DNA from: a virus | Lineage: Duplodnaviria; Caudoviricetes | DNA length: 64,000 nt | Reading direction: 5' to 3' (one strand) | IMG/VR virus record: IMGVR_UViG_3300035691_000004 | Span: 877 to 64,876 of that record | Shown here: piece after piece, positions 1 to 9,719 of the stretch | Layout: each line of letters starts with the position of its first letter | Numbering within the stretch: the stretch's first letter is position 1 | The notes under the pieces: model-generated | Told to the model about the DNA's origin: nothing | Seen by the model: the letters and a program-made list of their open reading frames with translations, nothing else | Database searches by the model: none | Position numbers and translations under genes: made by a program

Positions 1-424
1 TGCCAACGTGTTTCGTTTCGCCTTCGTCGATGAAGCGCTGCCGGTCAGCGCGCTCGCTTTTCCTATCGAGGTGATGCATCGGATAGAGAAAATCTATCGC
101 TGTCTCGCGGTGTCGGGGGAGCACGGGCGCGTGTTCGGGTTGGGGTGTTGCGTCGGTCACGGCTTGGGCTTCCTCGGGGTGGAGCGCGGGACGTAGACGC
201 TGGAATTCAGAGGTTTGCGATTGTCCGCTAGCTGCGAGCAGCTGCGCCGAAAGACCGAGCCGGATCATGGCCTCGGTGGCACCGGACCGTAGCTTCTCGT
301 TGGCTGCTTTGAGGCGGGCGATGGTGCGCAGACGACAGTTATCTCCACCGCTCACGATGCAGTGGGGCTCGCCCGGTTTTGCCGAGTCGGGTAACCCGCA
401 CTCGGGGCAGGTTTGCTCGCTCAC
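1..424 (-). CDS. Hypothetical protein, runs off the left edge
   Basis: Read by hand: GTG at 424 overlapping upstream TGA, MSEQTCPECG..., open to position 1. Confidence 0.45.
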   Translation of the reverse strand, partial: MSEQTCPECGLPDSAKPGEPHCIVSGGDNCRLRTIARLKAANEKLRSGATEAMIRLGLSAQLLAASGQSQTSEFQRLRPALHPEEAQAVTDATPQPEHAPVLPRHRETAIDFLYPMHHLDRKSERADRQRFIDEGETKHVG

Positions 425-781
425 GACAGCCTCACGCTTATGTGCTGGACGAGCCAGATCACAATTTCAACGAGCTTCCAGAGTCCGAGCGGGACGGAGA
501 CGCAGCACGTCACCACCAGCACCTCGAGCGCTCTGCCTATCGCTGCTCCGCAGTAGTCGTTCACGTCCCCTCCTTGGGTTGATCGACGCGCTCTCGGGCA
601 ACCAGTGCCCGCTCCGGGTTTGGGTGTCCGCAAAATGGGCACGACACGCACACGACGGCATGAGATGGGCCCGTCACATAGACGATTCGATCCGGGTTTT
701 CGCGAAGCCTGAATCCGTGCCAGTCGCGCACGCCGAGTCCGAGGACATGGCGCATCTCCAGGCAACACTCGCCGAGCTTGC

Positions 782-1030
782 TCACGGCTGCTCCTTCCCT
801 CGCTCGGCCGCAACCGAGCACACGACTGAATGCTCCGCCGCGTTGAACTCCGGCGACACCATCAGCGGGCAGCCTGGGCATCGAACCTTTCCCGCGTTCG
901 CCTCGCGCTCGATTTGCAGACCAAGAATCTTGACCACCAGACACTCCGCTTCAAGTTGCGCCTTGCGCCTCGCCTGCTCGTCCTGGTCGCGACGCAACGT
1001 GCAAGCTGCGCATGAACACTCACCCCTCAC
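782..1030 (-). CDS. Small Cys-rich hypothetical protein
   Basis: 82 aa, start overlaps the stop of the upstream gene. Confidence 0.5.
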   Translation of the reverse strand: MRGECSCAACTLRRDQDEQARRKAQLEAECLVVKILGLQIEREANAGKVRCPGCPLMVSPEFNAAEHSVVCSVAAERGKEQP

Positions 1031-3342
1031 GGCTTCCCTCGCTCGGGAGCGGGTGGGGGCTCTCCGCCAAGCGCTCGCACAATCCCCAACGCTACATCGT
1101 GCACGTAGTACTTTCCGAACGCGCGAGATGGACCTCTCGAGCTGCGCAGCATGCCCTGAGCGAGAGTCAGCGCCCGCTCCACATCCGGAGCTCCTCCTAC
1201 TGGAGGGGTGGCCCCAAGCGAGCGTAGTTCCTCTTCCGTCATGCGTCCGTGGTCTCCTTCGTGGCCCTCATTACGCTCGCAGCGCTCGTCGCACCCTATG
1301 AGCCCCATGCATTGGCGCGGCTGCTCGGGAGCGGCGGCTTCCGGTGCCACCTTCTCCGGCCACCAAGTAACGTTCATGCCGGTTCCGGCTCCGAACTCTT
1401 TCCACCAGTCGGGGTGACAGGTCTTGCACGGTAGGACCCATTTGCTGCCGTAGACGCTGCCTCTGTCGTAGGCCTTGTAGCCGCCGTCACATACCTCGGA
1501 GCAGCAGCCGTCCTGGCACGGAAGTCGGCGCGTATTGGGCCTACGCTCTGCCGGGGTCTGCGTTGTAATGGGCGTTGGCGTGATGGGAGAGGGAGCGGCG
1601 GCTTGCTCCCCTGCTGGCTCGTCTCGTCCGACCATGAAGTTTTCCCAATCTGTCATCGCGTGCCGAAGGGATCGCAGCGGCTCTCTGATTTCGAGCTCCC
1701 GTTGCTTCGTCGGATTTAGGTGGCCGCCGATTGCGTTGTCGAGCTTGTCGGCGGCATCGCGTAACGCTTGTCCGAGCAGAATCGCCTTGGTTCCGATGCG
1801 GCGCTCCCATGCTGGAGCTGGGGCGGACTTGGCTGGGAACGCTTCGTTTTCGCCATCGCCAATGGCGGCGGTCAGCGCATCGTCAGCTCGCTCGATAATG
1901 TCGAACCAACCACCAGGTGGTGTGTCTCCGTTGATGCCGCCGAGAATCTCTCTGGCCAGACGCGCTGCCGCCTCCCACGCCGCCAGCCTCCCCCGTACCT
2001 CCACGAGCTCCGCTTCTAGGTTTGGTAGGCTGGCTAGGAAGGCTTCGGTGCGGGCTACTTTGGATTGGAGGGAGGTGAGCTCGGAGCGGAGGGCCTCTTC
2101 GTCGCGCTCAGCCTCTGCAATGGTCGACTTGGCGTCCGCAATCCACTCGATGATGCACGCGGCGTCACCGACCGGCCCGTGCGATGCGCGTTTGCCGATT
2201 TCGGCGTGAACCTGGGCCAACTGCTTCCGCGCCTCGTCCCGCTCCCCTGCAAATTGGACGGCTTCGGCTTCGCGTTCGGTGAGGGTTTTGCGGAGGGAAT
2301 CCAATTCCACAGACATCGCTGCACCGATTCGGTGGGTTTCGCGGATGAACTCCGCAATACCGCGCTCCGGCTCGCCGCCAACCTCCCGGATCGCGTCGTC
2401 GAGCGCCTGCAGTTCTTCGTCCAGCATTTCGACTTTGCCGTTCAGCTCCGCCACTCGCTCTGATTGATCGGGTGGGAGTGAGCGGAGCAGTGCAATGGCC
2501 TTGCGCGTCTGTTGCATCGGGAAACCGACGTTTCCTTCCGTCATGTCGCAGAGCGCTTCATCCAGCAACTCCAGCGCTCTCTCTAGCCCTCCTGCTGGTG
2601 AGGGCGCATCCAGCTTGCGCAGTACCGCCTGAACTTCCGGTCGCTTTAGTTCCTCGGCGGCAGCCGCTAGGTCTGCGTCGTCGGGCAGGTTCTCGCTCCA
2701 CTTGCGGAACGCCGCTAGCTGGGCCTCTAGCTCGGCGACGCGCCTGGCCTGCTCGCGGATTTTCTGAGAGCTGCGCGCTGCGTGAGAGCTGAAGTTGTCG
2801 GGCAACGCCTCTCGGCCCAGACGGAGCACTTCGGCATCCAGATCGGCGATGCGCGCCCATTCCTTGCACAAGCGAGGCACGAAGTTTTCGAGCTTCTCTC
2901 CGGGCTCCGCGCCGCATTGGTTGGCGATGTCTTGGAGCATGCTCCAGTACTTGCCCATTTCGTCGCGGGTGCGCTTTTCCTCCGCTTCGAGCTCGGAGAT
3001 GCGCTTGCACTTGACTCCCTCGACGCAAAGCTCCTCACCTGGCAGTAGGTCAGATTCATTCTTCGGCTTCTTGCAGTGGGCGCAGACGTAGCGCGGGCGC
3101 TGCCCTCCCCGGGGCTCGGCTGGCTCGGAGGTGGGGGCGGGGCGGCCAGCTTGGTGCTGCTCGTCGAGGTATCTCAGGATCGATTCGATGAAAACGTCGG
3201 CGCTGATATGCAGGTGCGGCCTGTAGCGCTCGTTAAACGCCGGATCGCCTCCGCATCCCGGCCCGACCTTTAGCCAAATTTCCCTGCGAATCTCCAGGAT
3301 GCGTTCGCTCGGCAGGCTCTCCGGTGCTTCGGGCTCGGTCAT
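1027..3342 (-). CDS. Large coiled-coil hypothetical protein with CxxC motifs
   Basis: 771 aa, heptad-rich, ATGA overlap with upstream gene. Confidence 0.75.
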   Translation of the reverse strand: MTEPEAPESLPSERILEIRREIWLKVGPGCGGDPAFNERYRPHLHISADVFIESILRYLDEQHQAGRPAPTSEPAEPRGGQRPRYVCAHCKKPKNESDLLPGEELCVEGVKCKRISELEAEEKRTRDEMGKYWSMLQDIANQCGAEPGEKLENFVPRLCKEWARIADLDAEVLRLGREALPDNFSSHAARSSQKIREQARRVAELEAQLAAFRKWSENLPDDADLAAAAEELKRPEVQAVLRKLDAPSPAGGLERALELLDEALCDMTEGNVGFPMQQTRKAIALLRSLPPDQSERVAELNGKVEMLDEELQALDDAIREVGGEPERGIAEFIRETHRIGAAMSVELDSLRKTLTEREAEAVQFAGERDEARKQLAQVHAEIGKRASHGPVGDAACIIEWIADAKSTIAEAERDEEALRSELTSLQSKVARTEAFLASLPNLEAELVEVRGRLAAWEAAARLAREILGGINGDTPPGGWFDIIERADDALTAAIGDGENEAFPAKSAPAPAWERRIGTKAILLGQALRDAADKLDNAIGGHLNPTKQRELEIREPLRSLRHAMTDWENFMVGRDEPAGEQAAAPSPITPTPITTQTPAERRPNTRRLPCQDGCCSEVCDGGYKAYDRGSVYGSKWVLPCKTCHPDWWKEFGAGTGMNVTWWPEKVAPEAAAPEQPRQCMGLIGCDERCERNEGHEGDHGRMTEEELRSLGATPPVGGAPDVERALTLAQGMLRSSRGPSRAFGKYYVHDVALGIVRALGGEPPPAPERGKP

Positions 3343-3593
3343 GTCTGCTCCTTTGAAAGCGCGGCGTAGTACACAGGCTCGGACTCGGCGCTCACGAGGT
3401 AGCGCTGCAGCTTGCCGGATTCGTCACGCACGAGCAGGGCCACGTCTCTGTTGAAGTAGATTCCGTCAACGTTGCCGTCCGTGTCTTGGTCGGCGTATTC
3501 GATCGCGGCCATCTCGGCGTCGTAAGCCGTGACATCCGCGGCTGACTCTTCGTCGCTGTTAAGTTCATCCCAGACCTTGAAAGCTGGCATCAA
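3339..3593 (-). CDS. Acidic hypothetical protein
   Basis: 84 aa, coupled to both neighbours. Confidence 0.65.
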   Translation of the reverse strand: MMPAFKVWDELNSDEESAADVTAYDAEMAAIEYADQDTDGNVDGIYFNRDVALLVRDESGKLQRYLVSAESEPVYYAALSKEQT

Positions 3594-4171
3594 TCCCCCA
3601 CCAGCGAATCATCGCAATCCCACGGGTGCGACCTGGCGAGCTCCCGCGACTCCGCCGTCACCCTCGGCCGATTCCTCCGCTCAAACGCCGCGACCCTCTC
3701 CCGTGCCGCTACCTGCCCGGGCAGTGCAGCCGTCCTCTCCGCCACCGCCGAGTCGACGTACTTCGGTGAGCTCCGGAGCGAGCAGTACACGCAGAGCGTC
3801 CCGGTGCATGGGGCGCGGCAGTCTGAGCAGGTAGCCTCCGCTACGGGCTGAGCGGGTTTATCGTGTCCAGCACCCGAAGATGCTTGGGCTGCCTGGTTAC
3901 CTTCGGCAGTTCCCGCAGAACCCGTAACGGAGTCTTTGAGGGGCTGCTGAGCTACGGCGTCTTGCTCAACGAGCATCCCAGTAGCAATTCCATAGATTCC
4001 GCACTCTTGCTGCGTGCCGCACGGCAGCAGTTTGATTCCGTTTGGCTCAGTCCACCACAGACCGTTGCGATACTTTGCGGGCGAGGTCAGCTCGTACACC
4101 GAACCATCCGGGAATAGCCGCACGCGCGTTCCGACCGGAAGCGCGGCGTACATGCAATTGCTGTCGTTCAC
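3590..4171 (-). CDS. Hypothetical protein
   Basis: 193 aa, 4-nt overlaps with neighbours. Confidence 0.6.
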   Translation of the reverse strand: MNDSNCMYAALPVGTRVRLFPDGSVYELTSPAKYRNGLWWTEPNGIKLLPCGTQQECGIYGIATGMLVEQDAVAQQPLKDSVTGSAGTAEGNQAAQASSGAGHDKPAQPVAEATCSDCRAPCTGTLCVYCSLRSSPKYVDSAVAERTAALPGQVAARERVAAFERRNRPRVTAESRELARSHPWDCDDSLVGD

Positions 4172-4380
4172 TTGCTCACCGCCCGGCGCATCGCATCCAC
4201 GAACTTCAGCACTTCCGGACTCGCCCCTTCGAGCAGCCCTTTCCTTTTCGCCGCGCGTTCCTGCATGGCGTCCTTTGCTTTCGCGTCTGCCGTGTCCAGT
4301 GCCGCGAGCTCGACACAGAGGCTTGCTGCTGCATGCTCGGGGCTACGGGTGCGGGGTTTGGGGGTGGGTTTGGCGGTCAT
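4168..4380 (-). CDS. Small hypothetical protein (MTAKPTPKPR...)
   Basis: ATG at 4380 overlaps upstream stop. Confidence 0.55.
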   Translation of the reverse strand: MTAKPTPKPRTRSPEHAAASLCVELAALDTADAKAKDAMQERAAKRKGLLEGASPEVLKFVDAMRRAVSK

Positions 4381-4982
4381 GCTGCCCTCATCGGAACGTT
4401 CAGTCGGACCACCGTGCGTTGCGCATCTCGAGCCAGCGGCAGAGACTCGTGCAGCAATGACCCCGTCTCGCCGACCCACGCCACCCCAGGTAGCATCGGG
4501 ACGACTCGCAGCCGGTCGCGCTTCACGTGCCGGCAGTCACCGTGACCGTCCGTCTCGCCGCTCCACTGACCAGTGAGCGCTTGGCAACCTAGCGCATCGG
4601 ACGCGATGACAACCAGCTCGCGAGCTCGGCTCGCGCGCTGACCACCGTGTCCGGGGCCCGGCGCTGGTTGCGGATTGTGTCCGGGACCGGACGGGCCAGG
4701 CGGTCCACCATGGTCCACCGTGCCCGGGTTCCAGTAGTTGTCGACATGCAGCCCGGGCCGACGGTGAAAGTCGCCACGCCGAACATCGGCCTGGTCGATC
4801 ATCAGGAAGCATTTTCCGGCCGGCTCGATGCCGCGGAGCATCGCATCCACCGTGCGCTGCCACCTCGCCAAGTGAGCCGGCAACCCTTCGGACTTCAGGA
4901 ACGGGGCCATGTAGACGCGCTCGCCGGTAAACTCTGCAAACGAAACCCGTGCGCCTTTGCAAACTATACTGGTTTTCATCAA
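4377..4982 (-). CDS. 2OG-Fe(II) oxygenase-like protein
   Basis: LHVD (HxD) ... LLHES (distal His) ... RTVVR; GAGGAG SD. Confidence 0.55.
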   Translation of the reverse strand: MMKTSIVCKGARVSFAEFTGERVYMAPFLKSEGLPAHLARWQRTVDAMLRGIEPAGKCFLMIDQADVRRGDFHRRPGLHVDNYWNPGTVDHGGPPGPSGPGHNPQPAPGPGHGGQRASRARELVVIASDALGCQALTGQWSGETDGHGDCRHVKRDRLRVVPMLPGVAWVGETGSLLHESLPLARDAQRTVVRLNVPMRAA

Positions 4983-5064
4983 TCACTCCTCAGGTAGAAA
5001 TTAGGTGCCCCGTGTTGCTCCGGACGGGGCGGCCGGCGCTGCTTAGGGGAAGCAGGCGAGACTG

Positions 5065-5319
5065 TCAGGAGGCCGCCGCCTTCCTCTGTTCTGCGTGCTG
5101 CTCGCCGAGTGCCACGAGCTCGGACGGCTTCATGCCCAAAGCCTTAGCTATGCAGCGGATGGTCTCGAGCGTCGGGGATTTCTGGCCGAGCTCGATGCTG
5201 GAGATGTGGCCTTGACCGAAACCGGAGCGAAGGGCGAGCTCGAGTTGGGTGATGCCGGCATTGTTGCGCAGAGCAGCGACGGCGCGGCCGAAGTCGTATT
5301 CGGGGCGTTGGCGCGCCAT
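5065..5319 (-). CDS. XRE-family HTH regulator
   Basis: ITQLELALRSGFGQGHISSIELGQKSPTLETI. Confidence 0.9.
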   Translation of the reverse strand: MARQRPEYDFGRAVAALRNNAGITQLELALRSGFGQGHISSIELGQKSPTLETIRCIAKALGMKPSELVALGEQHAEQRKAAAS

Positions 5320-5894
5320 CAGAACATCCGCTCTTCTTGCTCCGGCGACAGCTCGCCCGAGTCGTCGAAGGCATCGTGCTCCGGTTCGGCTGGAGTCGCT
5401 GCGGCCGGCGGTTGAGCTGGCGCGGGCTCCGGTTGCTTGGCCTGCCCATTGCCGTTCGCGCCTTTGCCAGTGGGGACGAGTCGGCGAATCTTCGGCTTCT
5501 TGCGTGGCATCCGGATCTCCACCTCGATCGCTTCCTTGATGTCGGGGCTACCCTGCACCCGGATCGCGTCCACGGTCTCGCGCCCGAACTTGTCTTTCTC
5601 TGGAACGAACGTCACGCTCTTGCCGACCCAGTCCGCTGGCTTCCTGCCGAACATCTCGCGGATGCACTGGCCGTTCGTGCTGTTGAGCACGAGCTGCATC
5701 TTGGTCTGCCGGAAGCACAGGATACCGCGTGTTCGCTCGCCGCCCTTGTCCTGCGGCAAGTCCTCGAGCATCACGTCGGCGATCGTGAGCGTCGCGGGCT
5801 TGCCCTTGAATAGCCCGGCCTTGAGGAACCTTCCGGGGAACATCTCGTCGTAGTCCACCGGCTTGCGCATGGATTCGTTCTGCTGCTGCGACAT
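5319..5894 (-). CDS. Putative ssDNA-binding/annealing protein
   Basis: Follows RecE-like nuclease; beta-rich core, Pro/Ala linker, acidic tail ending in F. Confidence 0.5.
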   Translation of the reverse strand: MSQQQNESMRKPVDYDEMFPGRFLKAGLFKGKPATLTIADVMLEDLPQDKGGERTRGILCFRQTKMQLVLNSTNGQCIREMFGRKPADWVGKSVTFVPEKDKFGRETVDAIRVQGSPDIKEAIEVEIRMPRKKPKIRRLVPTGKGANGNGQAKQPEPAPAQPPAAATPAEPEHDAFDDSGELSPEQEERMF

Positions 5895-6826
5895 CACTTG
5901 CTCCAATCGAGGTTGAGTCCCGAGGCATCTTCGTCTTCCTCGGGAATTGCCCAGTGCGGTAGATAGAGTGTTCGTTCGATGCCGCCGCCCTTGCCGGGCC
6001 ACTCGTCGCGTTCCGTGCAGTCGCGCAGCTTCACGAGTAGCTCGCGGTAAGCGTCGCGTCCGATGTCCAGTACTTCCTCTGGAACGTCGTACACGACCAC
6101 GTCATATGGCTCGAACGATTCAACGGCGATGATCTTGGCGAGCGGCTCCTTGCCGGTGATCGCCTCGAGCCCATCGAAATAGTACGCGAGTTGTAGATGG
6201 TAGTCGAGCTTCGCGGAGTCTCGCGTGAACCAAAAAGGGTCGGCATCGCGCGCGGACTTCAGATCGGGAATGCACGCTGTTCCGGCGATCGTAGTCAGCC
6301 AATCGAGGCGACCGCAGCATTGAATACCGGTCTCCTTGTCGAGCCACGTCATGGCTACTTCTGGGCGACCGACGGCGAGGTACTTCATCGCGCATGGGTC
6401 CGAGCGAATCGCCTGGCTGATCGCGATTGCCTCCTCGTACTCCTCGTCCCGGATGATCGTTTTCCCCGGGTGCGCCGACATGAACGACTCCCAGGCGTTG
6501 CCGCGGCGCTGGCGGGTCTTCCCTTCGTCGCTCCTCGCCTGCCAGATCACGTATTCGCGCAGGAACCGGTCCGGCTCAAGCGTGGCGATATGCGCATAGA
6601 TGCCGAGCGACATGGCGTTCGTTGGCTTCTTCGGCTTGCGCGTGCGGTGCCGGTAATGCTTCGGCGACTTGCGCATCTCCTTGAGAGCGGTGATGTGCAC
6701 ACCGGGCAGTTGGTCGTACTCGTATTCGCCGCGGAAGTAGAGGCGGGCGAAGTCGTTCGCGGGTGGCGGCGCACCGGGGGCGGTCGCGATCAGGGAGGCG
6801 CGGAGTTGCTGTTCGAGGTCAGCCAT
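5894..6826 (-). CDS. RecE/ExoVIII-like PD-(D/E)XK exonuclease (DUF3799-like)
   Basis: KSPKHY, GIYAH..LEP, CGRLDWL, DLKS, YHLQLAYY motifs. Confidence 0.85.
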   Translation of the reverse strand: MADLEQQLRASLIATAPGAPPPANDFARLYFRGEYEYDQLPGVHITALKEMRKSPKHYRHRTRKPKKPTNAMSLGIYAHIATLEPDRFLREYVIWQARSDEGKTRQRRGNAWESFMSAHPGKTIIRDEEYEEAIAISQAIRSDPCAMKYLAVGRPEVAMTWLDKETGIQCCGRLDWLTTIAGTACIPDLKSARDADPFWFTRDSAKLDYHLQLAYYFDGLEAITGKEPLAKIIAVESFEPYDVVVYDVPEEVLDIGRDAYRELLVKLRDCTERDEWPGKGGGIERTLYLPHWAIPEEDEDASGLNLDWSK

Positions 6827-7139
6827 GCTCCACCTCATCGGCTCGCCTCTCGAGCTGCGAGCAGTGAGCGGCAGCGCAAAGCGCCTCCCGCAGGTTCGCT
6901 CCCCTGCACTCGAACTTACGGCAACAGTCCGCATCCTGAACGGCGACAATCACATCTCCCTTATCGCGCAGTGTGAACAGGCTGAACTCGCTCTCGAGCA
7001 GGTCGATCGAGCGCGAGCCGCTGGCCACGAGCTCTAGAGCGATCAAAACGATCTGTTGCTCTGCGTCGGTCCGCGACGCCTGCGACTGAATGAGTGCCGA
7101 GCGGACGACGGCAACGGCTTGTTCTAGGTCGGTAGTCAT
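6819..7139 (-). CDS. Hypothetical protein
   Basis: 106 aa, coupled in operon. Confidence 0.5.
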   Translation of the reverse strand: MTTDLEQAVAVVRSALIQSQASRTDAEQQIVLIALELVASGSRSIDLLESEFSLFTLRDKGDVIVAVQDADCCRKFECRGANLREALCAAAHCSQLERRADEVEHG

Positions 7140-7498
7140 GGCGGCGAGACCTTCCCAAGCGCGCTCACAACGTCATCGATCAAGAGCACGACCCCGCCCT
7201 GCATCTGGCCATAGGAGGCCTCGAGTTCGCGGAGGCCTAGCTCGTCATCCGGGTCCACGCTGCTGAGCGCGGCGGTGATTTGCTCGTGAGCGCGGCGCAG
7301 TTCTGCGAGCGAGGCGGTGCGCTGCTCGCGGGTGCGAACTAACTCCGCTGGCGGGCAAGGATAGTTGTAGTCGCAGGACATCTTCCCTCCGCTCGGAAGC
7401 TCCAGCACGCCGTTGCAGTGGTAGAACTTCGAGCGGTCGTCGTTGGTTCCGGTGCCCCAACGGTCGCGCGTGCCGCACTTTGGACAGGTGAAGCTCAC
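7136..7498 (-). CDS. Zn-ribbon hypothetical protein
   Basis: GTG 7498, FTCPKCG. Confidence 0.55.
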   Translation of the reverse strand: MSFTCPKCGTRDRWGTGTNDDRSKFYHCNGVLELPSGGKMSCDYNYPCPPAELVRTREQRTASLAELRRAHEQITAALSSVDPDDELGLRELEASYGQMQGGVVLLIDDVVSALGKVSPP

Positions 7499-7815
7499 GA
7501 CGCTACCCCCATCCTGACGAACCCGTTCCGCTCGTGGCACTCGGTCGCGGCGTCGATCGCCGCTTGCTCGCACTGACGCTCGGCGAGCCGAGCGGCGTAG
7601 GCCTCGAACGCAGGCCAATCGCGCTCGCTCACCATCGCGCGGAGCAGCGGCATCGGGATCGCGACGCATTCCCAGCGGACGCGCGGGACGTACATGCGGG
7701 CCTCGACGATTTTCCCGTCTTCCACGTCGAGCTCGACGTCGCGAGCGGTGCCCGGACCGTCGGCGCCTTCGGCCTCGAGCCCGATCCAGATTTGAACAGC
7801 GACGGTGTGTTTCAT
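7495..7815 (-). CDS. Hypothetical protein
   Basis: ATG 7815, coupled to downstream gene. Confidence 0.55.
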   Translation of the reverse strand: MKHTVAVQIWIGLEAEGADGPGTARDVELDVEDGKIVEARMYVPRVRWECVAIPMPLLRAMVSERDWPAFEAYAARLAERQCEQAAIDAATECHERNGFVRMGVAS

Positions 7816-7819
7816 CGCC

Positions 7820-8035
7820 CTATTCCTCTCCGCAGCTCGACCCACACAGGTCGGCCATTGCGATGTTTCCCGCGGTAGGCCGGCTCGGCTCCGCGCTGTT
7901 CGTCGGCGACGTCGTGACCGTTCCGCCGTGCTCTCGACACCAGGTCAGTGCGCCGTCGAGCGTTTCGAACTCAGCTCGCCAGGGGCCGCGGAAGACGAAC
8001 CACTTGGGCTCGGGCGCGCAGGCGGGGGCGGTCAC
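7820..8035 (-). CDS. Small hypothetical protein
   Basis: 71 aa, GTGA overlap. Confidence 0.45.
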   Translation of the reverse strand: MTAPACAPEPKWFVFRGPWRAEFETLDGALTWCREHGGTVTTSPTNSAEPSRPTAGNIAMADLCGSSCGEE

Positions 8036-8235
8036 GCCGCACCTCGGTCTTCATCCGCGGCCCAACCGGCCACCGTGATGCAGCGCTCACGACGCTCGGC
8101 CTCATCAGCCAGAGCGCGGAGAGCGGCGGGGACAACGGACCGGCGGAAGCGGACGCCGGTCGGGATGACGGCCTGGACTGGGCCGGGCAGCGGCGCGGGC
8201 GCTGTGAAGATGCTGGCGGGTCGGGTTGTTTGCAT
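8032..8235 (-). CDS. First gene of leftward early operon, hypothetical
   Basis: AAGGGA SD just downstream of the OL operators. Confidence 0.5.
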   Translation of the reverse strand: MQTTRPASIFTAPAPLPGPVQAVIPTGVRFRRSVVPAALRALADEAERRERCITVAGWAADEDRGAA

Positions 8236-8249
8236 CGGCGTTCCCTTCT

Positions 8250-8285
8250 GAGTACCTATATACTCATGAGTACGCTGGTGCGCAA
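8250..8285. promoter_or_regulatory. OL operators (two 16-bp imperfect palindromes) and PL region
   Basis: GAGTACCTATATACTC (8250) and GAGTACGCTGGTGCGC (8268); TTGCGC -35 on minus strand. Confidence 0.7.
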
Positions 8286-8541
8286 CCTACTTTCTTAAAA
8301 AAAAGACAGTCCCCTAGAAAAAAGTCTCCGAGTGAGACGCTCTTGGAGGACAAGGAACAACAATGTCCTATCCGGGACTCGTATTGCGGAGCCCGAGCGT
8401 TATAGTGCCCCGTTCAAACAACGAGGGTCGATGAGGGTTCGAATGCTGACCGTGGGCAGCGTGGCTCTGACGATTGCTTCCGGTGCTGGTTACGAGCGCA
8501 TGACGAGCGCTCCTGTGCAACTGACCGAGGACGCGCTTGCG

Positions 8542-8994
8542 CTATTGCCCGAGCTTCAGCGGCGATGCAGGAGCGGCAGCGGCGAGCTCCGCCTGCTTGA
8601 GTTGCAGCAGTCGAAGCCAATACTCCCAGCCCGGATCAACATCCAGATCATCGCGGGCCAAAACGGCCTCGATTGCGGTCCGCGGAAAACCCATAAGAAA
8701 CGCGGCGAGGGCGACGCGGGAGCGAGTGGGATACTTCCCGTCATCGAAAGTCATCGCATCGGCGACGGGATTCCCCGTCCCAAGGGCTAGCCAATCCAAT
8801 GAGACCTTGGCTGCGCGAGCGAGTTTTGCGAACGTGTCGATGTCGCCCGCGAGCCGCGTTGGGTCGCTCGCCATGCGAGTGATGATTTTGTTGACGTTGC
8901 TCTCTTCCTTGAGTCCAGCACGTCGCGCCCACTCCCGCTCGGACCAGCCGCGCAGGTTCATCACGATTTTCATTCTGTCGATCACCGTCTCCAC
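8542..8994 (-). CDS. CI-like repressor (XRE HTH)
   Basis: WSEREWARRAGL...VSLDWLALG; divergent from cro-like gene; start probably GTG 8994. Confidence 0.8.
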   Translation of the reverse strand: METVIDRMKIVMNLRGWSEREWARRAGLKEESNVNKIITRMASDPTRLAGDIDTFAKLARAAKVSLDWLALGTGNPVADAMTFDDGKYPTRSRVALAAFLMGFPRTAIEAVLARDDLDVDPGWEYWLRLLQLKQAELAAAAPASPLKLGQ

Positions 8995-9013
8995 GGCCCA
9001 GATTCTAGCCCGT

Positions 9014-9084
9014 GAGCACATAGGTGCGCGGCGCCGTTCGATTTCTGTTTGCGCATGCTGGTACTCGTGTGTATGCTGGTGCTC
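9014..9084. promoter_or_regulatory. OR operators (three 16-bp sites) and PR promoter
   Basis: GAGCACATAGGTGCGC (9014), GCGCATGCTGGTACTC (9051), GTGTATGCTGGTGCTC (9069); TTGCGC-17 bp-TATGCT at 9049-9077. Confidence 0.75.
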
Positions 9085-9089
9085 AGCAG

Positions 9090-9410
9090 ATGGCCGCAAA
9101 GCTGAAAACCCTCGCCGACAGGCTGAAATGGGCAAGGAACCAGGCTCGTATCAGCCAAAGGGCCCTAGCTCGAGCGGCGCAACTCAAGTCTGAGCGGCAC
9201 GTCGGCCAGTTCGAAAGCGGGGAGCGAGATAACCCGGAGCTGAAGACGCTCCAGGCGCTATCCGACGCGCTGGGTCTGCCAATCGGGTGGCTTGCCAATG
9301 GCGACGGTGAGACGCCGGAGGCTCGGGATATCCAGGCTGCTGCAATCTCGGCCCTCAAGGAAGTGGGCGAGGAGTGGAGTCCCACTGACGAGCATAAGGG
9401 CGCAGCGTGA
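9090..9410 (+). CDS. Cro-like XRE HTH regulator
   Basis: LADRLKWAR...ISQRALARAA...FESGERDNPELKTL..LSDALG. Confidence 0.85.
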   Translation: MAAKLKTLADRLKWARNQARISQRALARAAQLKSERHVGQFESGERDNPELKTLQALSDALGLPIGWLANGDGETPEARDIQAAAISALKEVGEEWSPTDEHKGAA

Positions 9411-9643
9411 CCGCCATGCTCACTCTGCCCGCCCGCTCCAGCCTGGCCGAATTGGCCCAACTCGCCCGTCGTTGGCGTTGTTACGATACTCGTGCGCGCC
9501 ACGACCAGCCGCGTTTTCGTGACGTGATCGAGGTCAATGCGGCCCGCGCCAGGAGAGAAGCGTCGCTCTCGCTGGGCTGTTCCGAGCTGCACATCCGCGT
9601 CGAACCGGTTGCGACCGCGCTGAACGGTTTGGGGGTTGCGTGA
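9407..9643 (+). CDS. Hypothetical protein
   Basis: GTGA overlap with cro-like gene. Confidence 0.45.
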   Translation: MTAMLTLPARSSLAELAQLARRWRCYDTRARHDQPRFRDVIEVNAARARREASLSLGCSELHIRVEPVATALNGLGVA

Positions 9644-9719
9644 TCTCACCCGTCGACTCCCTATCCCTCTACATCGGCCTCGCGCTCGTCGCCGTGCTGT
9701 TCGGGAGGCTCGTCAGGCA

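Noticed and set aside
267-1301. Long plus-strand ORF, and similar ones at 14263-15456 and 35307-36257
   Set aside because: Arg/Ser/Pro-rich shadow ORFs typical of high-GC DNA, overlapping better-supported genes
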